Positions 1 to 9,061 of a stretch of DNA of 64,000 bases are shown here, in pieces (position 1 is the stretch's first letter; every line of letters starts with the position of its first letter). A program made the position numbers and the translations under genes. The DNA lies in the NCBI GenBank assembly GCA_045605025.1, contig JAZUPE010000017.1, forward strand, positions 1,867 to 65,866, given 5' to 3'. The notes below the pieces were generated by a model. It saw nothing but the letters and a program-made list of their open reading frames with translations, did no database searches and had not been told where the DNA came from. This stretch comes from Acutalibacteraceae bacterium (GTDB lineage: Bacteria; Bacillota; Clostridia; Oscillospirales; Acutalibacteraceae).

Positions 1-2
1 TT

Positions 3-296
3 TTGGGCAACATCTGCAAGTATGCCCTCCCCGGCACCCGGGTATATCTGGGGCTGGAAAAGCGCGGCGGCGAAGCGCTTATCAGCTTCAAAAACACCTC
101 CAGAGACCAGCTGAACCTGAGCCCGGAGGAGCTTGTGGAGCGCTTTGTAAGAGGAGACAGCTCCCGCGGAGGCGAGGGCAGCGGACTTGGGCTGAGCATA
201 GCCCGCAGCCTTACCGAGCTTCAAGGCGGTAAAATGGAAATTATCTGTGACGGGGGCCTTTTTAAGGTGCAGCTTAAGTTTCCCTGCATTGAGTGA
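3..296 (+). CDS. sensor histidine kinase, C-terminal fragment (HATPase_c domain; 5' end outside window)
   Basis: Open from the window edge. 'GSGLGLSIARSLTELQGGKM' is typical of the HK ATP-binding G2 box. Stop at 294-296. Confidence 0.8.
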   Translation: MGNICKYALPGTRVYLGLEKRGGEALISFKNTSRDQLNLSPEELVERFVRGDSSRGGEGSGLGLSIARSLTELQGGKMEIICDGGLFKVQLKFPCIE

Positions 297-357
297 ACGA
301 TTAACCCCTCCCAGCATTTATGAACAGGTCCAGTAAAAACGGACAATAGACAAAACA

Positions 358-396
358 CCCCCTGATGTAGGAAAATGAAATTACTACATCAGGGGG
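358..396 (+). promoter_or_regulatory. perfect 13-bp hairpin inside IRL that sequesters the orfA Shine-Dalgarno
   Basis: CCCCCTGATGTAG (358-370) pairs with CTACATCAGGGGG (384-396), with a 13-nt loop. The 3' arm contains AGGGGG, 7 nt upstream of the orfA ATG (404). Confidence 0.6.
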
Positions 397-403
397 TATC
401 ATC

Positions 404-715
404 ATGTCAAAGGGAAATTATACGCATATTAAATTTTTGGAGCCAGAAATTTTGGCGTTGAAAGCGTCGGGAAAAAGCAAACGAGAGATCGCAGAACATT
501 ACGGACTAAAAACGGAGCAAGTCAAAGAACTTCTGAAACGCTATCGCCGCAGGGAACGCAAGGTTGCGGCAGGAATTGTGCCACGTCCCAAAGGTCGCCC
601 TCGCAAAGATGCCCTGCAAAGAGATGTAGTTGCAGAGCAAGCATATGAGATTAATCGTCTGAAGATGGAAAATAAGCTGTTGCGGGATTTTCTGCAATTG
701 ACAGGAAGGAAGTGA
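404..715 (+). CDS. IS3-family transposase OrfA (HTH DNA-binding, leucine-zipper-like C-terminus)
   Basis: 103 aa. 'SKREIAEHYGLKTEQVKELLKRYRR' looks like an HTH. The C-terminal 'INRLKMENKLLRDFL' is typical of IS3 OrfA. The SD lies 7 nt upstream. Confidence 0.85.
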   Translation: MSKGNYTHIKFLEPEILALKASGKSKREIAEHYGLKTEQVKELLKRYRRRERKVAAGIVPRPKGRPRKDALQRDVVAEQAYEINRLKMENKLLRDFLQLTGRK

Positions 716-1569
716 GGCCACGCGTAAAATACCAAGTCATTTATATGAATCGCAATCGTTATCCTGTGTCTGTTATGTGCCGTTTCTTTGGAGTATCGCG
801 CAGCGGCTACTACGGCTATGTCAAACGTATGAACCAACCGGCACATGATGCAGCCTTGGCGGACGCTATTCGTAAACAGCAGGAGAAATGTGACAAAACC
901 TATGGCTATCGTCGTATGTGGAAGTGGTTAAGGGAAGCCAAGAAAATATACCGAAATCCCAAAACAATTCTGCGTATTATGAAGAAATATGAACTTTTAT
1001 CTGAAATTAGACGCCGCAGGAAGTGGAGGCAGATGGGACAACAGCTTCACAAATACGAAAATTTACTGAACAGAGAATTTCAAGCTGACATACCAAACCA
1101 TAAATGGGTCACAGACATTTCCTACATACATACTGGTCAAGGTGTTCTTTATCTATCTGTAATTCGGGATCTGTTTGACAGCAGCATCGTTGCCTACAAA
1201 ACAGGAACAAACCAAAGTGTCAATCTCGTACTGGACACCATCCGTCTTGCCATGCAGAAGGAAAAGAAACTCGCTGCGGAGTTGCAGCCCCACAGCGACC
1301 AAGGGAGTCAGTACACATCGCAAGCATACTTTGACCTAACTAAAGAATATGGGATAACTCCGTCTATGTCAAGACGCGGAAATTGCTATGACAATGCAAT
1401 GGCTGAAAATTTTTTCTCCATTATTAAGACGGAATGTATCTACAGACATCATCCGGCCACCTTTAATGAAGCCAGAGTGCTCATCGACAATTACATTTAT
1501 TTCTACAATCACCAGCGCATCCAGTTAAAAACCGGAGTGGCGCCGATCACTCTGCGCCACTCCGCTTAA
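712..1569 (+). CDS. IS3-family transposase OrfB (DDE/rve integrase core); probably made as an OrfAB fusion by -1 frameshift
   Basis: DDE triad context 'WVTDISY', 'HSDQGSQYTS', 'CYDNAMAENFF'. The frame is -1 relative to orfA. The orfB frame is open from 676, giving an overlap window of 676-715. GTGA start/stop overlap at 712-715. Confidence 0.9.
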   Translation: MRPRVKYQVIYMNRNRYPVSVMCRFFGVSRSGYYGYVKRMNQPAHDAALADAIRKQQEKCDKTYGYRRMWKWLREAKKIYRNPKTILRIMKKYELLSEIRRRRKWRQMGQQLHKYENLLNREFQADIPNHKWVTDISYIHTGQGVLYLSVIRDLFDSSIVAYKTGTNQSVNLVLDTIRLAMQKEKKLAAELQPHSDQGSQYTSQAYFDLTKEYGITPSMSRRGNCYDNAMAENFFSIIKTECIYRHHPATFNEARVLIDNYIYFYNHQRIQLKTGVAPITLRHSA

Positions 1570-1667
1570 ACATCCTATATTTCCTTCATTAAGGGGCTTT
1601 TTTGTGCTGTCCGCACAATCTGGGGCAATCCAAAATAACGGAGGGGGCTGATGTATGTTGTGGAGGG

Positions 1668-2468
1668 TTAAGCCTCAATGGCAACAAGCGCATCGCTGTG
1701 AGAAGGATTGAGCAGCGATGCCGGATTGATGCTTTCTTCGCCGCTCTGAGCGTCAACCAGCATGAGGTGATTGATCCACTCGTCGATAAATATGTCGCTT
1801 TCTTCAAAAACAATGAGGGGCATCTCCACGATAAACAGATGGTCAAAACTGCTGTCGCTGACGCATACTGCCTGAATGACGCAGCCGGGTGCTTCCTGAC
1901 TGCTGAACTGAATGCGGTCGGCGCTGTAGCCGGAGATGTCATTGGCTTCTGAATACTGCTGTACGTCGGTAACGTCCGGATAGAACTGGAAAAGATGAGT
2001 ATTCATCCAGTTTTCTGAAGCAGGCAAACGGGCAAATCGCAGAACGGTCTGCTGACTTGCAGAACAATCCTTGCGCCATTTTCCGTCGGCGAGTGCGCTT
2101 TCTTCGGTAATGATCATGTCTGCGGGCGGAACGCTGCACTGAATTATGGTGCCGGTTACAGAGTCCAGTACTTCTTCTTCCTCATGTTCAGCACCGGGAT
2201 CGAAAACCTGCTCCGGTTCGGAAAAATCAATGCTGCCCAGCAGCGGCGGAACAAGATACAGACCGGCGACAAGTAACGAACAGACAACGACCAGCGAAAG
2301 CAGAAGCGACCATGTGCTGAAGACTTTTTCGCCGATGGCAACAGGCGCGGTCAGTGTTTCTTTAAGCGGCGCACGGCGCACTTTCTTAGGGCGGCGCAGC
2401 TGAGTGCCGCAGCCCTTACAGCAGGTGGATTTATCGGGCATCTCACGCCCGCAGCGGTAACATATCAT
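1668..2468 (-). CDS. zinc-ribbon domain membrane protein (hypothetical)
   Basis: Start moved to 'MICYRCGREMPDKSTCCKGCG' (CxxC...CxxC), with GGAGG 6 nt upstream. One TM helix ('LLLSLVVVCSLLVAGLYLV'). Confidence 0.6.
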   Translation of the reverse strand: MICYRCGREMPDKSTCCKGCGTQLRRPKKVRRAPLKETLTAPVAIGEKVFSTWSLLLSLVVVCSLLVAGLYLVPPLLGSIDFSEPEQVFDPGAEHEEEEVLDSVTGTIIQCSVPPADMIITEESALADGKWRKDCSASQQTVLRFARLPASENWMNTHLFQFYPDVTDVQQYSEANDISGYSADRIQFSSQEAPGCVIQAVCVSDSSFDHLFIVEMPLIVFEESDIFIDEWINHLMLVDAQSGEESINPASLLNPSHSDALVAIEA

Positions 2469-2516
2469 GGAAAACCTCCGTGTGACTGCAATGATAAACC
2501 ATTGGAAAACCACTAT

Positions 2517-2545
2517 ATTTTAGCATACAGCCGCCATATATGCAA
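2517..2545 (-). promoter_or_regulatory. sigma-A-type promoter for the zinc-ribbon gene
   Basis: Minus strand reads TTGCAT-17 nt-TAAAAT, with a TGc extended -10. Confidence 0.5.
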
Positions 2546-2578
2546 CCTTAATCAGACGGATATTTCCCTGCGGAGAGT

Positions 2579-5116
2579 TTAGCGGTCCGGGGTTTCAAGG
2601 GCATTCTTCACCGCAAACACAAGGAACATATAGTTTGAGGAACCGCCGCCCAGAACGTATTCGGCCTGCTGCCACAGGAACGGGAATTCCAGCAGTTCAG
2701 GGAAGTCCGGGCGTATGAGTGCTGTGCCGGAGACAACGCCGCCGGGAATGTAAGACCAGTCGGCGCGGTTGGCTCCGTATGCGGTGAGCATGGATTTTGT
2801 TCCTACGCCGGAGGCAAAGGAAGCGTTGTTGCTGCCGGGATGGGTTCCGAGGATAAAATCGAGAGAGCGGAAAAGCAGTTCGCTGTCGAATATTTCAGGA
2901 AAGTACCTGTGCAGATAATAGTATCTGACGGCCGAAGCCTGAACTCCCCAACCGGCGCCCCAGATATAGGGCCTGTATGGAATGCCGTAGGGGGTCTGGC
3001 TGCCCATGTCGGCGATTTGCCAGCGCAGTGCGGTCAGTGCTTCGTGGAAACCGGAACGGAACTCAGCGTCGTCGATAGCTTCCCAAACCTTCGCGACCAT
3101 GTGGGCGCAGGCGGTCATATCGGAAAGAATCAGTTCCTTTTCGCCGGTGATGTGAGCAAGATATGACCTGTCGGAGGTGGAGAGGTAAAGCTCTGCCGCT
3201 GCGTGCACACGCGCCTTTCGGATGTCGGTGCGTATGCGCTCAAGCACTTCAGGATTACGGCTGCGACAAAGAATATCAGCAAAGGCCGCAACGCTGCTAT
3301 CGTTTCCGTCTGCAGAGGCGAATAACTCCTTTGCCGCATCGACGGCTTCGCGGGCAAGGCTGTTGTTGTGTTCCGCAAGCACACGCCCGCAGCAGGCGAG
3401 ATGGGCTGCGGTATACAGCTCACGGACGGGGTTGCACTCGGTGAACACCCGGCGGTCATCGCCGTTGCCGGGGATACCGTCGGTCATCACGGACGCGTCG
3501 CCCATCAGTACATACTGACGCAGGTCACGGCAGATAATGCCGCGGTACAGCCGTCCCAGCGCCCTGTAACCGCCCAGCACCGACAGCAGTCCGTGTTCGA
3601 TCTGCTGCAGAAAATCGTTGACACCGTCAGGCTGATGGATCTCAACAAGATGATTGCGCTGGTCGATGGTTGTGGCGTCATAGTCGGCTCCAAATTCCTC
3701 ACAGATCTGGGCAAGAATGTACGCCTCGCCCGACTGTGATTCTATTCGCAGGTCAAAATCTCCTGCGTCGTGCCAGCCGCCCGCGTTCAGACCGGGGACG
3801 ACCTCGCCAGGTTGATATCCGGAGAGGGTGTCAGATCCTTGAATATATCCGTCAAAGTGATTGAGGGAGACGGGAGCCATGCAGGCATCGTCCATGTGAC
3901 ACAGACCGTGCCACACGCGGTATTTTTCGCTGACTCGCATGTGGCACATCTGCACCGGCAGGAAGTATTCCATGACCGGCTGCCAGACACCCCTCTCGTA
4001 GACATTTTCGTCAATACGGAAAACAGGGGAGAGGCTGTCGCCATATACTATTATATAGGAGCCGCTTTCGCGCACATCGCTGAAATCGGCTGTAAGGTAG
4101 TTGTAGCGCAGAAAGCCGCCCCATTCCTTGAAGGCAATGGTGCGCACGGGAGTTTTTCCCGCGGCGGTCAGGCGATAAAGCTCAACGTCGGAGCGGGAGC
4201 TGTCGTTCCGGTCCAGCTCGATGACCGCTGTCTTGGGCTGCGCGGGATGATATCCAACGTTGGAGACCTGAATCACGGGCTTGTAAACGTAATCAGCAAC
4301 CGCGTTGGGGGTAATCCTCCAGCAAAGGGCGTTGGCGGTTTTATTTCCGGGCAGCTCACTGCTCAGCACGAACCAGCCGTTGTTGTGGTTGAAGCGTCCG
4401 TCATACAGCTTCAGCAGGCAGTCCGATTCCACGGTAAAGCGCAGATAGTCATCCTCAGGACAGAGGGTGAAATAGTGTCCCTCGGCGTAAGGCGCAGCTA
4501 TAATATCATCTGCGACCATGGGATTGTATCCACCGCTGCCGCAGAGTGCATCAATATCAGCGCAAATGCCCTCGGGATGAGTGCTCAGAGTGTGAAGCCG
4601 GTTCGATTTACAGAAGATTGCAGGTCCGTTTGGCTGACGGGGAAACACTCCGGTGGCATCGTCCATGATATACGACCGGCCGAACAGCTCTCCGGGGAAC
4701 AGTTCAAGATTGAAGCACAGTTTGCCGATGAATTCTTCGGGAATCTCACGGTCGAGATGAACGGTTACAATAATACTGTCCCCGTCGCAGACAACATCGG
4801 TGGTGTAACTGAAACGGAAATCAGGGTAAACCCGCGGGTTGAAACCCTTGAGATGGGTGCTTTCGTCCGGATAATGAAGAACGGTGCTGATTCTGTTTTC
4901 CTCTGCAAACACCTCTCTGCTGCCGGATTTCGGTACAGGCTGCCACTGTCCCGGTGTGGGTTCAAAGCGAACGTCGCCGTTGGTGGCAATACGTTTTCCG
5001 TGCATGATGACGCACACGCCCGACTGATGTCCTTCGGGATAGGTGTCGCTGTAAGCCATCACATCCACACCGCGATTGATGAAATATTCTCTTTCCTTAT
5101 CAAGAGTGAATCCCAT
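2579..5116 (-). CDS. glycoside hydrolase family 9 protein (CelD_N Ig-like + GH9 catalytic domain) with a long N-terminal extension; no signal peptide
   Basis: 'GGWHDAGDFDLR' is a GH9 signature, and an Ig-like segment ('VIQVSNVGYHPAQPKTAVI') precedes it. Start moved to MGFTLDKE, with AGGAGG 6 nt upstream. Confidence 0.85.
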   Translation of the reverse strand: MGFTLDKEREYFINRGVDVMAYSDTYPEGHQSGVCVIMHGKRIATNGDVRFEPTPGQWQPVPKSGSREVFAEENRISTVLHYPDESTHLKGFNPRVYPDFRFSYTTDVVCDGDSIIVTVHLDREIPEEFIGKLCFNLELFPGELFGRSYIMDDATGVFPRQPNGPAIFCKSNRLHTLSTHPEGICADIDALCGSGGYNPMVADDIIAAPYAEGHYFTLCPEDDYLRFTVESDCLLKLYDGRFNHNNGWFVLSSELPGNKTANALCWRITPNAVADYVYKPVIQVSNVGYHPAQPKTAVIELDRNDSSRSDVELYRLTAAGKTPVRTIAFKEWGGFLRYNYLTADFSDVRESGSYIIVYGDSLSPVFRIDENVYERGVWQPVMEYFLPVQMCHMRVSEKYRVWHGLCHMDDACMAPVSLNHFDGYIQGSDTLSGYQPGEVVPGLNAGGWHDAGDFDLRIESQSGEAYILAQICEEFGADYDATTIDQRNHLVEIHQPDGVNDFLQQIEHGLLSVLGGYRALGRLYRGIICRDLRQYVLMGDASVMTDGIPGNGDDRRVFTECNPVRELYTAAHLACCGRVLAEHNNSLAREAVDAAKELFASADGNDSSVAAFADILCRSRNPEVLERIRTDIRKARVHAAAELYLSTSDRSYLAHITGEKELILSDMTACAHMVAKVWEAIDDAEFRSGFHEALTALRWQIADMGSQTPYGIPYRPYIWGAGWGVQASAVRYYYLHRYFPEIFDSELLFRSLDFILGTHPGSNNASFASGVGTKSMLTAYGANRADWSYIPGGVVSGTALIRPDFPELLEFPFLWQQAEYVLGGGSSNYMFLVFAVKNALETPDR

Positions 5117-5153
5117 GATGATCCTCCTGCAATATGCGCTTCGGTATGCTGAA

Positions 5154-5182
5154 ATTATATCCCGCGGGCGGAGTTTATTCAA
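5154..5182 (-). promoter_or_regulatory. sigma-A-type promoter for the GH9 gene
   Basis: Minus strand reads TTGAAT-17 nt-TATAAT, about 35 nt upstream of the SD. Confidence 0.5.
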
Positions 5183-5237
5183 TACGGACGGCTAATGATG
5201 TACGTTTTCAAGCACTAGAAAATGTTTTCTGGGCAAA

Positions 5238-5277
5238 CCAACGGGCCGGAGTTCCTGCTGAAACTCCGGCCCGTTGG
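5238..5277 (-). terminator. hairpin terminator after the GH16 gene
   Basis: Perfect 16-bp stem: CCAACGGGCCGGAGTT / AACTCCGGCCCGTTGG, 8-nt loop. Weak T-run (TTTG) on the minus strand. Confidence 0.55.
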
Positions 5278-5310
5278 TAAGAAAAGAATAATGAGGTGGA
5301 TTGCAGATTA

Positions 5311-6747
5311 TCAACCGACCTGCTCAACGCGGACGTTCCTGAGATAAACGTCTGCGGTGGAGCCGCTCAGACCCATGTTGAACTCAAGGCGGCCGGCGGG
5401 ATCATCGCGCTCGGTCATGGTGAATTCGTATGTGAAGGTCTGCCAGTCGGGGGTGATGGTGACCTTGGTGTCCTGAAGATAACGCGCGTAGCCGTTGTTG
5501 GGGGCGGAAACGCACACGATCAGGTCACGGGTGTAGTTGGAAGCGGCGTCAAAGGATACGCGGTAGGTTTTGCCGTTGAGCATGGGCAGTTCGGGATGCA
5601 CGAGCTGTACAGCGTAATCGACGGTGCCTTCGTTCTCGGTGGTGATGACCAGAGTGTTATCCTTGATTTCGGCAGCAGCCTTGCCGCCGTTGAAGAGCAT
5701 GAAGCTCCAGTCAGTGCTGTCGGAAAGATCTTCTGCCACGGAAAAGTCACCGTTGTTGATGTAATTTCCGTCTTCGTTAGGATCGCGGTATTCCTTTTCG
5801 GGTCTGGTCACGTCGGTGTCGTATTCGGGCTTCTGGTAAACGCGCACATAGTCTATGAGGAACCTGGCGTTTTCAAAGTCGGTGGTCTCGTCGGGATTGC
5901 CGGGCCATGTGCCGCCGACAGCCAGATTGAGCTGCAGGTAGAAGTCCTGATCGAAGGGGGCAGGGTATGGCTTTTCCTCGCCGCTGTCAATGGCGGTGAA
6001 CCAGTCGTTGCAGGTGATGGTGTGGTTGCCGTCGACGTAGAAACGGATCTCGCCGGGCTCCCACTCAAGGCAGTATTCATGGAATCCGTCGGCAAAAGAG
6101 CCTTCTTCCAGCTTGATGGTGCCCTGCTGCTGAGCGTGGGGCTCGCCGTAGTGAATGGTGGTGTGGGCGGTGTCGGTCTGATGACCGAGGATTTCCATGA
6201 TGTCGATCTCGCCGCACTTGGGCCATGTGCCGTAGAGGTTTTCCTTGGTGGGCATCATCCAGATGGCGGGCCACAGACCCTGTCCCTCGGGAACTTTGGC
6301 GCTCACGACAACTTTGCCGTAGGTAAAGTCGCAGCGGCCGCGGGTGTTGACCTTGCCGGAGGTGTAGTAATCCTTGCCGAAACGGTCGGTCTTGAGGGCG
6401 CGAAGAACAAGAACGCCGTCCTCAACGTATATGTTGTTGGGAGAATTGGTGTATTCCTGAAGCTCCTGATTGGTGTAGCCGGGATTGCGCTTCTCGGGAT
6501 TCCACTTGTCACGATCCAGTTCGGTGCCGGAGAATTCGTCGTTCCAGATGAGAGAATATCCCTCATACTCGGTGATGTTCTTCTCGGTTCCGGTGGGAAG
6601 TACAAGAGTATCCGCCGGTTCCTCAGCAACAGGAACGTCGGCGGGAGTAACAACTGGAGTTTCCACGGCGGGTTCACCGCAGCCGGCGACAGCGCCGAGG
6701 GAAAGAGCAAGTGCGCATCCAAGGGCAAGCATCCTGATCTTTTTCAT
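5311..6747 (-). CDS. GH16 endo-beta-1,3(4)-glucanase (laminarinase-type) lipoprotein with a C-terminal CBM4/9-like domain
   Basis: Lipobox 'LGAVAGC' in the signal peptide. Catalytic motif 'GEIDIMEILG' (ExDxxE). AGGAG SD upstream. Confidence 0.9.
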   Translation of the reverse strand: MKKIRMLALGCALALSLGAVAGCGEPAVETPVVTPADVPVAEEPADTLVLPTGTEKNITEYEGYSLIWNDEFSGTELDRDKWNPEKRNPGYTNQELQEYTNSPNNIYVEDGVLVLRALKTDRFGKDYYTSGKVNTRGRCDFTYGKVVVSAKVPEGQGLWPAIWMMPTKENLYGTWPKCGEIDIMEILGHQTDTAHTTIHYGEPHAQQQGTIKLEEGSFADGFHEYCLEWEPGEIRFYVDGNHTITCNDWFTAIDSGEEKPYPAPFDQDFYLQLNLAVGGTWPGNPDETTDFENARFLIDYVRVYQKPEYDTDVTRPEKEYRDPNEDGNYINNGDFSVAEDLSDSTDWSFMLFNGGKAAAEIKDNTLVITTENEGTVDYAVQLVHPELPMLNGKTYRVSFDAASNYTRDLIVCVSAPNNGYARYLQDTKVTITPDWQTFTYEFTMTERDDPAGRLEFNMGLSGSTADVYLRNVRVEQVG

Positions 6748-6869
6748 ACTGACTCTCCTTTGTGTTGTCTTATCATTTGCCGACAGTGCTCACACTGTCA
6801 GAAGTACGTAAAATAATGATATTTTATTGACCGGCAACATTATATCGTAATTTGGCAAAAAGTATAAAA

Positions 6870-6916
6870 ATACCGGACTGGATCCACCTCAAACGCGGGT
6901 AGAGTCAGTCCGGTAT
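6870..6916 (-). terminator. rho-independent terminator after the AraC-family gene
   Basis: 11-bp stem ATACCGGACTG / CAGTCCGGTAT, followed on the minus strand by TTTTTA. Confidence 0.55.
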
Positions 6917-6927
6917 ATTCTGTGAAA

Positions 6928-7701
6928 TCACGGAACCAGTTTGTCGCGGCTCCAGACAAGACTCTGCCCGCGCTGATAGAATCGTTCGCGGTACTTGCGC
7001 GGAGTCACGCCGATTCTCTTGTGAAATACGTGCACAAAGTAGCTCTGCGAAGCAAAGGCGAGATAATTGGCGATCTCGACTATGGGCATGTCTGAGTATT
7101 TCAGCAGCTTCTGTGCCTCGTCAAGTCTCAGTTCAATGATATATTCGCTGACGTTGATGCCCATCTCCTTCCTGAACAGCTTGGAGAGATAGCCCGCAGA
7201 GACGGCGGTATTAGCCGCAAGCTCATCGAGGGTAATCTTCTCATGCAGGTGCAGATAAATATAGTCGATGGCACTCTTGACCGGTTTGGATATTTCCGGC
7301 AGCTGACGAATGGCATTCATTCGCCCGGTGAAATCAAGAACCATCACGTGATGCAGCTGGACTATATCCTCGCTGGTCATCAGCTTGTCCATGCGGGTGA
7401 TGTAGAAATCGCTCAGCCCGTATGCCTGTTCCAGTACCATGCCACCCTCAACGCAGAACCGGCTGACCAGCGCGGCGGTGATAATGAAATGGTAGCGCAT
7501 ATTCTGCAGTGCGCTTTCGGAAAGAATACCCATGCCCGCCGCCTTGGCGAAGTCGTTGTTTTCGCAGTTCCGGCGGACAAAATCAAGGTCACCGTTGCGC
7601 ACAGCTTCATAAAAGGAGAATTCCGATTCCAGTGCCCGGTGGGAGCGGGTGATCTCACGCTGACGGAAGCTTTCCGCCAGCCATTCTTTTTCCATTGCCA
7701 T
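6928..7701 (-). CDS. AraC-family transcriptional regulator
   Basis: C-terminal double HTH: 'ITLDELAANTAVSAGYLSKLFRKEMG' and 'IVEIANYLAFASQSYFVHVFHKRIGVTPRKYR'. Confidence 0.9.
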   Translation of the reverse strand: MAMEKEWLAESFRQREITRSHRALESEFSFYEAVRNGDLDFVRRNCENNDFAKAAGMGILSESALQNMRYHFIITAALVSRFCVEGGMVLEQAYGLSDFYITRMDKLMTSEDIVQLHHVMVLDFTGRMNAIRQLPEISKPVKSAIDYIYLHLHEKITLDELAANTAVSAGYLSKLFRKEMGINVSEYIIELRLDEAQKLLKYSDMPIVEIANYLAFASQSYFVHVFHKRIGVTPRKYRERFYQRGQSLVWSRDKLVP

Positions 7702-7780
7702 CCGGTCAGCCCCTTTACGCAGGTTATATGTCGATTATAGCCCATGATTTGCAGGATATCAAGCGGAAAAAGCGCATAAT

Positions 7781-7812
7781 AATGCCGCAGCCCGGAGGTG
7801 GTCTGCGGCATT
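7781..7812 (-). terminator. rho-independent terminator after the GH5 gene
   Basis: 10-bp stem AATGCCGCAG / CTGCGGCATT. The minus-strand downstream sequence is T-rich (TATTATGCGCTTTTT). Confidence 0.55.
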
Positions 7813-7840
7813 GTACAGGTAGTCGGGTTTACAGCGAAAA

Positions 7841-8791
7841 TCAGAGGTAACGGACAAGTTCCTCGCGCACGCCGTCAAGACGGCTGTCGGAAATGCCGAA
7901 ATCCATCTCCTTGTAACTCCATGCGGCGCGGGCAATGCCGTGTCGTTCGAGAACCGCGTTGATGGCTTTGTACCATTTGACGGTATCCTCCGGAGTTGCG
8001 CGGTCAATGACTCCGTATTCACCGCAGTAGAGAACGGTGTTGTTTCTGCGGGCGGTCTCGATGGCCTCGGCAAACAGGTTTTCAAAATACTCCTCGGTGG
8101 TGGCGCTGTCCTCAAAAGCCATACGCTCCTCGGGGACGATCTTGTCGGTCCATGTGGCGCCCTGATGGGTGAACTTGAGGGGCTCGTAGCAGTGGAAGTT
8201 GTAGACAATTCTGTCGTCACAGGGAGGAGCCAGATCCTTGACCGCTTCGGCGCTGTTGTTATAGTAGCTGCCGATGAGAATGAGTGTCTCGGGAGCGCAC
8301 ACTCTGATTCGCCGTACGCAGGCGACGCTCAGGCGGTTCCATGTGTCAATGTATTCCTTTGCGGTGACCTCGTTGAGCAGCTCAAAGGCAACTTCGTTGG
8401 GAAGATTACCGAAGTGACGGGAAATCTCCTCCCACAGCAGACAGAAGCGTTCCTGCAGTGAATCGCTCTCAAAAAAGCCGCGCTCGCCATAATGAACGTC
8501 AAAGGAGAAGCCTGCGGTCTTGTGCAGGTCGAGAATGACCTTGAGACCGTTCTTTCTGCACCAGCCGATAGCCTTTTCGATGCGGGCAAAGCCTTCTGCC
8601 TTATAAGTGCCGTCATCGTTTTCCAGCACGTTGTAGTCGATGGGGATACGTACATGATCCAGCCCCCATGAAGCAATCCGGGCGATATCGCTCTCGGTGA
8701 TGAAGTTGTTGAGGCGGTCTTCGCTGTAGTCGCACTGGGAAAGCCAGCCGCCGAGATTTATTCCGCGATGAAATCCTTTGCTTCTGAGCAT
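7841..8791 (-). CDS. glycoside hydrolase family 5 protein (beta-glucanase/cellulase-type); no signal peptide
   Basis: 'GINLGGWL', 'VAFELLNEV' (acid/base Glu context), 'NFHCYEP'. Start moved to MLRSKGF, with AAAGGTGG 8 nt upstream. Confidence 0.85.
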   Translation of the reverse strand: MLRSKGFHRGINLGGWLSQCDYSEDRLNNFITESDIARIASWGLDHVRIPIDYNVLENDDGTYKAEGFARIEKAIGWCRKNGLKVILDLHKTAGFSFDVHYGERGFFESDSLQERFCLLWEEISRHFGNLPNEVAFELLNEVTAKEYIDTWNRLSVACVRRIRVCAPETLILIGSYYNNSAEAVKDLAPPCDDRIVYNFHCYEPLKFTHQGATWTDKIVPEERMAFEDSATTEEYFENLFAEAIETARRNNTVLYCGEYGVIDRATPEDTVKWYKAINAVLERHGIARAAWSYKEMDFGISDSRLDGVREELVRYL

Positions 8792-9061
8792 GATGTTATC
8801 CACCTTTCAGTACATTTTTACGATTAAGCCTAAACACAATATATCACAGGAGCGCCGGCGATAATATCAAAATTATGCTTATTTTGTAAGAAATTGGCTG
8901 CGCATGTTCAGTTCGGCAGTTTCTGGAAGAAATACAGGCAGAAATTGTCTGTGCCAGAGCATAAAGCAAGCATACTTGACAGCGAAAAAGACAGATCAGC
9001 ACAGCAAAAGCCCGCGGAAACCGCAAAGCGGAGTATCCATGGGTTTTGATGATATCTGCAA

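Larger units (their letters stand above)
338..1615 (+). mobile_element. IS3-family insertion sequence (orfA/orfB, about 1.28 kb); boundaries approximate (+/- 20 bp)
   Basis: Imperfect terminal inverted repeats of about 35 bp: 338-372 vs the reverse complement of 1581-1615 (shared CGGACA...CAAAA..CCCC..TGAAGG-like core; right end ...TGTCCGCA). Two overlapping transposase ORFs, with orfB in the -1 frame. Visibly lower GC than the flanks. No target-site duplication identified. Confidence 0.8.

Noticed and set aside
320-345. Exact left end and target-site duplication of the IS3 element
   Set aside because: Two alignments of the ends are possible: a left end near 338-340, or a TG at 320. Neither gives flanking 3-4 bp direct repeats. 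The boundaries are therefore given as approximate.
5199-5210. cre-like (CcpA) site TGTACGTTTTCA upstream of the GH9 promoter
   Set aside because: It is only a partial match. The central CG is out of register with the 14-nt cre consensus (TGWAANCGNTNWCA), so it is not supportable without a matrix scan.
3770-6816. Plus-strand ORFs 3770-5152 (460 aa) and 5296-6816 (506 aa)
   Set aside because: They mirror the GH9 and GH16 genes. The minus-strand products carry catalytic signatures (DAGD; ExDxxE) and a lipoprotein signal. The plus-strand translations are Gly/Val/Ala-rich with no motifs.
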